A stretch of 56,393 bases of DNA, filler included, from Sphacelaria rigidula (taxonomy: Eukaryota), in the NCBI GenBank assembly GCA_964200075.2. It is 5 parts of 5 records of this genome, joined end to end, with 100 filler letters (N's around TTAATTAATTAA, not from the genome) between each part and the next. Parts side by side here need not be neighbours in the genome. Positions count along the whole stretch, not along the records: positions 11,300 to 22,498 come from CAXNAA020005251.1; positions 22,599 to 33,797 come from CAXNAA020005252.1; 3 more parts are not named here. One strand, given 5' to 3'. The notes under the pieces are model-generated. The model was not told the origin of the DNA and ran no database searches. It saw nothing but the letters and a program-made list of their open reading frames with translations. Positions 12,734 to 24,163 of the stretch are shown piece after piece; positions within the stretch are counted from its first letter, which is position 1; each line of letters begins with the position of its first letter. The position numbers and the translations under genes are program-made.

Positions 12734-14469
12734 CCAACTTAGCTCGATCACTGTGGGCGGATGAAGAGCTATCGTGTGTTTGTGCCGTGACTGTAAAACG
12801 TGGAGTGGCTGTGTGATCGGCAAAATCGTACAGAACCAGACGCTTGGCTCGTCCAATTTGTAGGCGCAAAGCAGCACCCGGTGGTGACACATAGATCACA
12901 GTTTGTATAGCGCGCCTGCGGCTCGCAGCACAGTGAGGATGTGAGATCTTAGTACGGACGATCGATTCCGGTGGGGTGTCATCTTCGGTTTAGACGAAGG
13001 TAATCGATTGGCAGGCTACTTTTCACCACAGTGCGCCACCGTGCAGTTAGTTGCTGCTGGACTTCGGCTTGTCATGGGTGTGTCTTATCGAGGTAGAAAC
13101 ATGTGTTTGCCGAAGAATAATGTTTCAGTTATTTGTACCCTGTGGTTGGTCGGTGCAATACCACCCCCCAGGAGGACCGGGAAAAAGGAGTTGTTTCTCG
13201 TAGCACGAATAGATTTTGAGATCTCATGTGGGAGTATTTCAAAACCTCTTCTCGCGAATTGGTGTTGAAACAAACATGCTTGTATATTGTACATGAAATA
13301 TGCTGTTTGCTGCTATGTGTTCGACACTGCGTACCAACCGCGGCGTTACGCCTTCGGTGGTACTACCTGCTCACTGCACAGCGGCAGGGTGCAGGGTGAC
13401 AAAGCACACCACAAATCGTCACATCCTTAGCCTATCCCTGTGCTGCATTGATTTCGCGCTGTCCTATGCAGTTCGCCACATCATGCACGCAACTGCTTGT
13501 ATCTGCGGTCAACGTGTACGCGGGATATCACACCCTTCGATACGCCCAAGCTATGCCCAATATCGCGACGAAACATTTTTTGAAGCCCTCCGTGTTGCAG
13601 CTACAGCGTGCGTTTACCCCAGGTTGCGCACGCAGGAGTGAAAGGCCGTCTCTACTGCTGTCATGGCTGCCTGTATCTTGGGCGAAGCTGTATGATAACA
13701 CAGCCACCATGGCGCGAAAGCCGCCTGTAGCCCGTCATACCCTGGAGATTTTTAGACACTCTTGTCTCGAAGTGTAGCGTTGCAGTCACCCACTTGAGGC
13801 ACGAGTATTACACAAATTATGGTCGGCACTATATTTTATACTGTGTGCAGTACACCTTGAACACCGTGTTCGTACTGACTGTAGAATCTTCGTCCAGGGT
13901 CTGGGACATTTCAACATATAATGCAGGATCTGATACACCTTCACATCAAATATGGTGTGGTGAGATGGTGGAAACATCCACCACATCTGGGCGAACTGTG
14001 GGTGAGGCAATCGCCAAAATATTCACCTGTGAACTCTGCAGTAGTGCACTGTAAGTTGATATCGGTAGAAGGACACTACCATAACTTCCTTGCCGGCTAC
14101 CAGACTGTCAGGATCTTGTATCCGCTAGCATTGCTACTGCATGTACGGGGGTGTTGACCACTTGTCGGGTACGTGGGGCAGGGTCCACGGCAGAACGCAG
14201 TGGTCGCGTGAGATAGGCTGAACCTTGACGTGTCAAGCTATTCGGACCGGCAAACGTTCAGCCTAGACTCTCACATATATGGTGGGGCCTAGATGCTGTT
14301 TATTTCTCTGGTTTTCTGCGAGCGTTCATCCCTAACGGGGCGAAGATTGACGATGACGCCTGAAGGATCTGATTGCCTGGACCGCGTTGTGAACCTGTCA
14401 TGCATATGTGCAAAAATACGTACGCCTGCCTTTGCCGGTCGTGATGAACTATCTTGTTTGTTCATTAAT

Positions 14470-14818
14470 GTATGTGTGTGTTGTGTTTGTCGTCCCATCT
14501 ATTCACCTACAACTTTCGGTATATGTGGGCACGCCAGCTGGGGTCACACAGGAGGAACGTCAATATCGGAGTTTCTTTTTGTTTGTTTGTTTTTAGTACT
14601 CCACTTTCCCTTTGCGGTGCTTGGCTTTATTTTTTATCGCGAGAGGGGTTCAGCATTCCCTATTTGCCTGGTCGACCGTTGAGTCGAATTTTATGTACCC
14701 ACGACATAGTCGCCCTCCACTGTTGGGCATGGTGTAAGGAAAAATCCCGGGTCCCTCCGAGATTTGAACCCACGACCCAGCCGTCAGAAGGTTTCGAGAT
14801 TACCAACTGAGCGACCGG
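14470..14818 (-). mobile_element. tRNA-derived SINE in HSDH intron 1
   Basis: A-box-like GCTCAGTTGG, B-box-like GGTTCAAATC, shared body and (CA)-rich tail. Confidence 0.85.
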
Positions 14819-15114
14819 ATGTATACGTATATGGTAACGAGGGTACCCGATATAGTTATGTCTGCGAAATGCTAGGACGACGCAAGCCGGCGTCCAATCA
14901 TGTTCACGAACTGTTGTGTGTACAGTATGTGCTGTCGTGCGAATGACCGAGCATTCGAAAATTGAAAACTGAAGGTTGGCAACAAAAAGAGGAGAGATGA
15001 AAATAATACGGTCAAAAACGAATGAACGATACACGGTAGAGAAAGTAATGTTACACAATCAGATGATGCGCCTACGCTCAAATATACGACGGGCCACGGT
15101 CAGTGTCACGTATA

Positions 15115-15375
15115 CGATGACGTCACGCGTTACACGACACGTTACAACGCCTTAAACACTGGTGAATGAGCCGCGACATGCACAGAATGAGACGTTACAT
15201 TGAACGTTACACGTGTAATCGTAACGTTATGCTAGACGTTACACGTTACATGAAACGTTTCATATTACATTGCATGTAACGTGACGTTTTTTTTTACGTC
15301 ACATACGTCACATAACGTGAACATTATTTTTTTTCACGTGATGAACGCAACATGAACGTGAACGTGTAACGTGTA
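15115..15375. repeat. ACGTTACA/TGTAACGT-rich repeat cluster, likely MITE-derived
   Basis: Many CGTTACA and GTAACGT motifs in both orientations. Confidence 0.6.
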
Positions 15376-17810
15376 TATCCCTGGAATTTGTTTCGTTTTG
15401 ATGCAGTTGGGTCCAGATGGATTCCAAGCTTTCGATAACAAGAAGACAGTGAGATTCGTGAAACGGTACATGGTCACTCGTTTACAGTACAATCTGTACT
15501 GTCTGCACTGCTTGCAAGTAGTGTCGTGAATGCGTGTGTGCGTGTTTCGTACAGGAGGAGATAAAAGAGAAGCAGGCAACGTGCAGTGCAGACAGCCCAG
15601 GACTATCAGTTCTCGCTGCTTACAATGCGACGTGAAAAGGACTTCAGCAACGTGCAGCTTCGGACTGTCTGTGCACTGTCCATGAGCGTGCACGCAACTC
15701 GATTGCCCACCGTACCACGGAGTTCGGTCGCTGATCCCCACCATGAGAGAAGATGCGCAAGTTTTCGCCAACAAAAGATCAACAAAGCACGCCCGACTAC
15801 TGCAGTATATGCCTCTGGGCTTAACTCGTGCTCTATGCTGTAGGGTTGCGGTGGTAGCTGAGAATGAGTTGGATGGAGTTTGCATGGTCCTGTGAACAGG
15901 TGTTGTCTGACGTGGTGGTCTATAAGATAGGAGTCAAGTGCTGCTTTGTACCTTTCGACCGCATGTTTTCGATCGAAAACAATTGTTTTTTACCCCGAAT
16001 AAATCTTCTCCGCGTGCCACTAATTATGATTTTGAGTTCAAGCCTTCTAGGAACATAAATGCGATGGACCTATCAGATCGGCAAAAAATATATATGGACC
16101 GCACTTTTTCGATCGAAAAAAAAAGTGCGAAGACATGCCCCAACTCTCAAAAGCTGAAACGCGATATCCAGATTTAGTGCATCCAGTGCCTCTGCTCGGA
16201 ATATATGGATTTTAGTATGGAAAATTATGTGCGCCATATCTCGGTATAGATACCGAACTAGGTCAAGGTGAGGGTATCTATCGTCTCCCCGTGCTCCAAG
16301 GAATGTCCACACCAGAAATCATCGTCATCAGCTGAATGCATCGATCGGGGTTTCATGTAAAATTTAGTACGGACGCTATCTCCGTTAGATACAGGAATTA
16401 CTAGATATGAGGTTTAATCAACGAGAAAATATTGGCCCAAATTTTTTTATCAGATCGGCACCTTCCCCTTAATTATACAATCAATACAGTATGCGGATCA
16501 TGGCCTAACTCTTTTGCGCCGATGACATATTGCTTTGAGGGTTTAAATCCGTTTCTAGGCTGGCAGCTCGTATCAGCGTTGTTCGTCGTTTTATTGCGCA
16601 TTCGAGAACAAATTGAAAAGACGGTAACCCGCGACACAAAATACAAAATACACCATAGCTTGCTATTCAACTACTGTACATGCGTCTTTGTCGGTCCAGA
16701 CGTGAATTAATTTGCGCTTTCATCCCCACGTGTTGCCAGCCTTGGCTTCCTTATTCCCATCCCCCGCTCCTCACGGAGAGTCTCTGCTGTGGCATGCTAC
16801 AGATGAATTACCTTCGAATCGCTCCCCGCTTTGAACGGGATTTTAATATAATTTACGTAAGCCTCTTACGCTGCCCAATGTGAGGGGTCACATATTTGAC
16901 AACTTATCCACAGTTTTCAAGGGAAAACAAGCTGGCGCGGCCAGTTTAAACTCAACTGGCCAGACCTGCCAGTTCACAATCCCACGAAATACAGTACAAG
17001 TTGCTGTAACGTGCGAAGATGGAGGACATGAACACCCAAAAGTGTAAATGAGTTTTTGATTCCTACATCGTTTTTCTCGAAAAGAAATACCCTGCCCCGC
17101 TAAGACACTTGGCCTGTCCAAATATTTCACGGAGAGAGCTCCACGAGAAATTGAATGATGGAGCAAGCGGAAAATCTTCTTCACCGGGGGTGTTGTTCCT
17201 CGTCATGCGAGTACCGTTCGCTGTTTGTTGTGGCTGCAGCGGAGTGTTGTTGACCGCCATTCCGTTCTCGATATACTACTCTACGTAAACACCAGCGCCC
17301 CGAACAGCAGCCTCACATCTGCAAGAGCTCGACGTTAACTGCAGTCATTTCCATCTGCATAGCTCTAGTTTGGCGCCATCTTTGTGCCGGATGTATGACG
17401 GGCCAGCAAGAAAGATACATCCAACTACGAAACAGAAACTAGTGAACCGAGGGCGTGAGGTGGCCATAATCTTTGCACCCACACTCTGTCTTGTAATTCT
17501 TTGCTGAGACACTGCAAGCAGTTCGATGTTTCGCGAGAAGCCTCGGTCGTGACAAGCGACACATGTTGCCATATTATAGGCCATTGCATGCGTGCAACGG
17601 CATCATATGTGTATATTGGTATCCCCAGACAAGTGCAGTAGGGTAAAGCAGCGACAGGGATCGTGGGTGATCTGTACGGTACACTCCACGACAGAGGAAG
17701 AGAACAGTACACCATTGGGCTTACATTACCCACTGCAGTGCAGTAAATAGACAGTCGTGCCGCACAAAGCCAGAGGAAAGAACTGCCAAAATGTTGCGCG
17801 CAACACTCAC

Positions 17811-17862
17811 CGCCACCGACCGTACCACCACCGAACATCCCGATCTTCAGAGGTAGAGCCAT
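17811..17862 (-). CDS. Homoserine dehydrogenase, exon 1 (may extend to upstream in-frame ATGs at 17946/17976)
   Basis: MALPLKIGMFGGGTVGG+G, then GTGAGT donor; Rossmann motif GxGTVGGG followed by VYEI in exon 2 is typical of the homoserine dehydrogenase N-terminus. Confidence 0.8.
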
Positions 17863-18115
17863 GGCTGTTGTTCTGGATTTTTTCGTGCTACTACTCCTGA
17901 AAGCGTTGGAAAAGATCAATCGAGGGGTGGCTACGCGTCGAAGCATGTAAAGTGTAAGGGAGCGGTTTGAAAACATTGACAATTTAGTTCTGAACCAAAA
18001 TTGAAGAACCAATTGTATCAGGTTCGGTGGTCGAGGAGGCAAGCAAGACGCTGGCGGAGGACAGCCAGCTGGCCGAGGGGGTTCAAACAGAGAGGGTTGG
18101 AGAGCAGTACCACAA
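17863..18115. promoter_or_regulatory. Putative bidirectional promoter / 5' UTR region
   Basis: 253 bp between divergent start codons; regulatory function inferred from position only. Confidence 0.55.
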
Positions 18116-20097
18116 ATGGGACGAGGTCGCTCGAAGAAACTGAAGGGGTTAGGCATCTCCGGCGCCATTGATGATACCAATACGGGCACGAGCAACGACA
18201 ACAGCGCCAATGCTGCTAATGGTATCCTCTCGCCAGAGCTTATGGCGGAGCTCGGCGTGGAGCATGCGAGCGAAGCCGTGGTCGATGGCTCGGCCGCCGC
18301 AGCAGCTGGGGGAGGCAAAAGCGAAAATCTTAGCGCAAGACGGAAAAAGAGACAACGAGAACGGAGTGGGAGGGATGACTGCGAGACAAGACAACTCGCA
18401 GCGACGCTGAGCAAGAGCAAAGCCAGGAAATTGAAGCAGCTGGAAGACAAGAAGCTGAAGGACGGGCGGCGCGCTGAGCTATATCGCAAGCTGGGGTCCA
18501 ACAAGCTTGCGCCGGGGCAACTCTCCCTGCTTCAGTCTTCCAAGAGTATAAGTCAAAATCAGGACACGATGAAGTCTAGGCTGACTCAATCTATGCAGAA
18601 GGCGGTCGCGGGGATGACTCTCCCCGATTCTGCCGTGCGGGAAATGGAATCTCATCCGGAGTTGGTGGCGGACATCGAGGAAAGGCTCGCGTTGCCAGTA
18701 GGCGGCGCTCTCGCGGCGGTGAGGAGGACTGTTTCTAGGGGGCAACCGAAAGCAGCCATTGATGGTGATGGTGGTACAAGAAGTAAAAAAATGCTGGATA
18801 TCAACAGGAGAGGAGCAAGCGTCGATGGCAAGAAAAGAGCCATCGGGAGCGGTACAATCCCAGCCGCAGCTGGTGGCGCTGCTGTGACGGCAAACACCAA
18901 GTTGAGTAACTTGCGTAAATCCTCACCTCCGAGACTTGCTGCCAACAGTGCCACCACCCTTGCAACCACAGTAGTTTCACCGCAGGTGGGTGGCGGAAAC
19001 AGCAGCCGATCAGTCTCGGGTGGATCAACGCGCGGAGGGCCGAGTCGTCCGGCACCGCTTGAGATGGTCACCGTCGCCGTCCCGCAGAGCAATGACAATG
19101 ACGGTAGCAGCACCAGTGACAGCAACACCAGTGACGGCGAAGACGAAAGCGAAGATGAAAACGCGCCATCAAGCTCCGGGGTCGGTGTCTCCACGGTGGA
19201 ACCGGTACATGCTGGCGATCCAGGGATCACAGTCGAATCGAAACGCGAAGAGGCCGGGGATGGTGCGGAAGCCGAGATATCCAAAAACAGCGAAAGCTCG
19301 ACAGCTGCTGCGGCTGTAACCGCCGGTGCCAGCTGGGCGGCGAAGATGATGTCTTCCCTCAACCGCGTGGCAAGTGATACCGCCAACAAAACTATGGGTG
19401 CAGCTGCGAAAAGTGGGAACAATCAAAAGGGAGATGGCGACCAAAAAAACGTTACCTCGTCGTACCCACCGCTCCCGAAGTGGATTGATGGGAAAGCCCC
19501 AGTCCACCATGCGGTGGAGACACCGCTGCCTTGCGTTTCGGGAAAGAGCGCAGGAGCAACCGGCGGCGGCGGCAACTTGCGGCGAAATTCGCTGCCGCGG
19601 CCGCAGAGATGGATTCCCGTCGTTCGATCGGTGGAGCTGCAGTCGGCACGTATGCAGCTACCGGTGTGCGGCATGGAGCAAGAAATCACCGAGGCGATCC
19701 ACGACAACGACACCGTGATCCTGTGCGGAGAAACAGGTTCCGGTAAGTCCACCCAAGTCCCGCAGTTCTTGTACGAGGCGGGCTACGCAGCGCACGGGCT
19801 CATCGGCGTCACGCAACCTCGGCGGGTGGCGGCTGTGAGCACAGCGGAGCGGGTAGCGGTGGAGCTGGGGACCCCGTGTGGACGGGACGGGGCCGTGGCA
19901 TACCAGATTCGGTACGACGGTTCTGGTGTGGGGTCGAAGACGAGGATTAAGTTCATGACGGACGGGATATTGATGCAGGAAATCACCTCCGATTTGTTGC
20001 TGCGGAAGTATTCCGCGATATTGCTGGACGAGGCACACGAAAGGAACCTGAACACGGATGTTCTGCTAGGGATGCTGTCAAGAGCACTTCCGCTTCG
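18116..20097 (+). CDS. DHX37: DEAH-box RNA helicase DHX37/DHR1 (ECM16), exon 1
   Basis: Basic N-terminal SKARKLKQLEDKKLK...AELYRKL; RMQLPVCGMEQEI; motif I GETGSGKSTQVPQFLYEAGY; Ia TQPRRVAA; Ib TDGIL; II DEAHER; donor CG|GTGAG. Confidence 0.92.
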
Positions 20098-20471
20098 GTG
20101 AGATGCGACAAAATTTACTTCTTTGGGGGTGTTCGGTTTCATGTAAAACATATACGAAATTTCCGTCGAGGTAGAACTCGAGATCATTGTTCGTCTTGCG
20201 CCTATATTTCCCTCTTATTTCTTGGCTCTTATTTTCAGCGCTCCTTACTCAGTGCCTCCGGTGCCATTGCTTATAGATGACATCTGGGATTAGCGTGCGA
20301 GTCTATGACCTTTCCGCAAACGCGATGTACACGGCTCCGAGTGTCACACGACGTCTTCATCGACAATACTCTTGCAGCCGACGCATAGCGCACATTGATT
20401 GCTACGGGCTGCGCTTAGATTTCGTTATATGTTTCGGACCTTCCCCTCCGTCATCCACCCTTGTGTCGCAG

Positions 20472-20541
20472 GAAAGAAATTGCGGACGAGGAACAGCGAG
20501 CGTGGAACATGCTCAGCAAGGAAAGCAAGAAAGAAGCAAAG
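20472..20541 (+). CDS. DHX37: DHX37 exon 2 (motif III and later exons not seen on this contig)
   Basis: CAG acceptor, phase-2 compatible, reads RKEIADEEQRAWNMLSKESKKEAK, donor AAG|GTGACA; fits the variable insert between motifs II and III. Confidence 0.7.
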
Positions 20542-20706
20542 GTGACATAACCAGTACGACAAAAAAAACAGAAACGTTGAACGTATCGACAACTTATTCT
20601 GTAGGGGCTAAGGCCCGACCGAAATTGTGTTTCCTCGGGTATATCCCAGAGCAAAATTTCCCCCTCACCGCTGGCTAGCGTTAGTTGTTGGTAACATCAA
20701 ATGTTG

Positions 20707-22214
20707 CACACGTCGGACGGATCAATTTTTATAGGACGCAGATCATACAGCTCACGTGTGAACTCACCTGTGTACCCGATTCGGATTATACAGTGTAACT
20801 AATTATGGAATCGTCCTCGTGATCCGGATATCATCGATCAGAAGGGAGGTATCTTGTACGGGTTATAAGGATACACAGGTTCCTCTTGACGTGTCGTGTA
20901 CGCCTGAATCGGATTATATAGGTTTGCCCAAGGAGGTGATGTACGGATTCACAGATCATATCAATCACTCGTGGCAGATTTGTACGGATACGTGGGTCAT
21001 ACATATTATCATCAGACAGATATATACGAATCACACGGGTAATAAAGAACAATCATAACGCCATGTATGTGTGCAGCGCCAATAAATATATGTACTTCGT
21101 GTAGCTGCTACACTCAACATGCGGACATGTGAAGATACACATTGTACGAGGGCCATACGGGTTGGCAGGTGAGGAATGCCGAATACTGTTGATTGTATAC
21201 TTCATTCGGGTGCGCCGACAGTGCATCTTCGTAAAAAATATGTAGCTCTACCGTGGAACCACTGGGAATAAAATACACGTACTTTATGTTCCATGTGCCC
21301 GGGTTGCTGCAGTCAACATTTGGACTTATATGAACATGCACATTGTACGCGGGCCAGGTTAGCGGGTGAAGAACACTGCACGGTTCGTACGATTATCGCC
21401 GGCTCGAATCACCAAATCGACGGTTTTCCAGGCCTGACGGCTCGAAAAAGAGAGAAAGTTAACCGCTGGTTGAAAAGGGTCTCCACGCAATATTTGCGCC
21501 ATTCCACGTGCGTGGGCTCCGCGTACCTGGGTTGCAACGCTGATAACAAAACCTGAGGATTGATTGATACGTACGGTACGGATCAATTATACTAAAATCA
21601 AGTAATTTCTAGACGAATCATTCATTCGTCCGACCCTTTGGAATACTGAATACTGTTTATTGTATTCTTCATTCGGATGCGCCGGCAGTGCACATCATTG
21701 GGAAAAATATGCATCCCCACCGTGGAACCACTCGGAATTTAATGTACGTCCTTCATGTTCCATGTGCCCGGGTAGCTACAAGTTAACAGTTGAGGGAGCT
21801 GAATATTTTTTTCTTGCAAACTTGATCCGGATCTTACGGGTGCTGGGAAGTGTCTCCTGTACACTAGATTCGGATTCCACAGGTAAGGGGTAGCTTTTGG
21901 TGCATATGAGATTCAAATCGCCCGCATCGACGACAAGCTACTTTGCTTGCCTGACCCGAGTTATATAAATCACAATTATGTGACGTTGTACAGATTACAC
22001 AGTTCTACAGATCAGTTGTACACGAAAGTGTATGTGTGTGTGTGTGAAGAAGGTCGTACAGCTCGTCGCTCCGCAAATATGTACGGGTCAAGTTGATCCT
22101 ACGGATCAGCATCGGACAAACGTGCACGGTTGACAGCACAGCTCGGAGAGATCATGATCTATGCCCCAAATGAGCTGACCCGGATCTGTCTCGAGCTGAT
22201 CGGTCCGACGTGTG
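20707..22214. mobile_element. Non-autonomous DNA transposon with 8-bp TSD (hAT-like) in DHX37 intron 2
   Basis: TIRs CACACGTCGGACGGATCA / TGATCGGTCCGACGTGTG; perfect TSD AAATGTTG at 20699-20706 and 22215-22222; internal direct duplication about 21181-21315 / 21648-21790. Confidence 0.88.
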
Positions 22215-22498
22215 AAATGTTGCCGTGTCACGTTAGCGCCAGGTGAGTGTCAACAAAACTTTCCCCACGTCTCTCAGTAGTACAAGCAGCTCACCTCCGC
22301 AGGCAGTACTGTAGGGTAGGATACAAGACATCCTCATCCCATCGCTCCTGTGTCCCAATTCTGCACAGAAGGAGCGAAGAGCGACCTCTCGTGAAACACA
22401 TGTTAGGTGCTCACCTGTTGCCCCCCCTCCCCCGTGCTCCGTCTCGAAAGGGATGCGTGGTCAATGGTCAAACGACTAAGGCAAGCAACAAATGAGTA

Positions 22499-22598
22499 NN
22501 NNNNNNNNNNNNNNNNNNNNNNNNNNNNNNNNNNNNNNNNNNTTAATTAATTAANNNNNNNNNNNNNNNNNNNNNNNNNNNNNNNNNNNNNNNNNNNN
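22499..22598. other. Artificial contig linker
   Basis: Same 100-nt N/TTAATTAATTAA linker. Confidence 0.98.
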
Positions 22599-22649
22599 CA
22601 AGAAGGCAGGCAGGAATAAGTTTGATATATATGCCCGCCTGCTTTCTTG

Positions 22650-22803
22650 ACCTGGTCTTGACTATAACCGCCGAAGATTCGATGGACGGCAGTCGTTTCC
22701 ACAAGGAGACCCGCGGTGGCTGTATCCCTCCCGCAGCGCTCCAAGCATCCCTCAGCCATCTTACCGACGAGACCCCTCAAGAACTCGTGGGCGTCTTCCT
22801 GAC
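22650..22803 (-). pseudogene. Inverted duplicate of the USP QED-box exon
   Basis: Minus-strand translation QEDAHEFLRGLVGKMAEGCLERCGRDTATAGLLVETTAVHRIFGGY. Confidence 0.85.
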
Positions 22804-22845
22804 TGATTGATTGACAATGACAATAATTGTCAATCAATCAATCAG

Positions 22846-22996
22846 TCAGGAAGACTCCCACGAGTTCTTGAGGGGTCTCGTGGGTAAGATGGCTGAGGGA
22901 TGCTTGGAGCGCTGCGGGAGGGATACAGCCACCGCGGGTCTCCTTGTGGAAACGACTGCCGTCCATCGAATCTTCGGCGGTTATATTGAAGATCAG
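22846..22996 (+). pseudogene. USP36/42-like deubiquitinase (peptidase C19), QED-box exon
   Basis: QEDSHEFLR...ETTAVHRIFGGYIEDQ; CAG acceptor and CAG|GTGAAG donor in phase with the next exon LKC. Confidence 0.75.
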
Positions 22997-23885
22997 GTGA
23001 AGAGGGCAGGTAGGAATACAGTTGATGTATATATGCCCGGCCGCCCACCTAGACAGTCCTGCGCCAAGAGAAGAAAAACACTTCCTTCGGAACAGAATTG
23101 GAGCTCTTTTCATCCCCTTGCACACCGCTGCAACGCCCAACCCAGGATCTAGACGCATGGACTTGTTGATTGTCGTCTACATGAGATGTCAGCAAAGGTT
23201 TAGGGCACAGAAGCGACAACAGCGCGCGCATGACCGTGCCTCCTGCCCTGAGCATCTCTACAGTCGATACCGGAATGTGTTTTTCACAGATTGTCATCCA
23301 CAGGCGGCAGCAGAAATTGTCCATGTTTGTTTGCGAGCACTTAAGCCTCCCAGGTGGTTACGATGCGGAAGTGAGTACGTCCACATGTGCAGTTCATTCA
23401 CGGTACACAGCATCTCGGCCGCCAGGTAATCGTTTGGAGGCCATACAACAGAAAGTATTGCTCAAAACTGGAATTCGCTCCGTTTAATTTTCTCGGGAAA
23501 AGGAAGTGGCTGTGCTCCGATACTTACACTGGCTATGGTGTGCCTGACTGGTGCACTAAATTTCACGTCGGTGCCTGCAGCAACGGTCGAGAACTTCTCA
23601 ATCAAAAATGAAATGCAAAAGTCGAAAATGGCATCGGTCAACCGTCAAAAGATACCCCAGCTCCAGTTACGCCGCATAATCCTCGTACGAAACCATACTG
23701 GCGCAACCGCTGCACCCCTGCGGCAGCACAGGAGAGATGGGGACAGGCGCACAACCGTACTTGCCTGTACTGTGGATGTGGCTTAGCCACATCGCCTCGC
23801 CAACCGATATGCCTTCAATCATGCCGGCACTAACAGATGATCTACGAGCTGGTTCAGATTGAGCGCCCAAAATTCATTCCCCGGG

Positions 23886-24163
23886 ATTTCCTCACGCCGG
23901 TTTTTCGAGTTAGACCACGAAAATTTGCACACATGTTTTTGAGGGCATTATCTAAAACTCGAAGCCCGTTTTTATTTTTTTTTGTTGGTGTCGAGATAGT
24001 CGGGATCTGACCTTTCCCCCGGTCAAGTAGGTCAACCGCGACCTTGGATGAAAAGCCACCAACGAAAGACAAAAAAAAAAACGGTCTTCGAGTTTTAGGT
24101 AGTGCCCTCCAAAACATGTGTGCAAATTTTCGTGGTCTAACTAAAAAAACGGCATGAGGAAAT
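23886..24163. mobile_element. Foldback/MITE with about 90-bp inverted repeats
   Basis: ATTTCCTCACGCCG...TTAGACCACGAAAATTTGCACACATGTTTT...AAAACTCGAAG is mirrored at about 24075-24163. Confidence 0.8.

Noticed and set aside
17425..18504. 359-aa minus-strand ORF as one protein
   Set aside because: It is mostly the antisense shadow of DHX37 plus intron read-through; only the HSDH exon and its possible presequence are credible.
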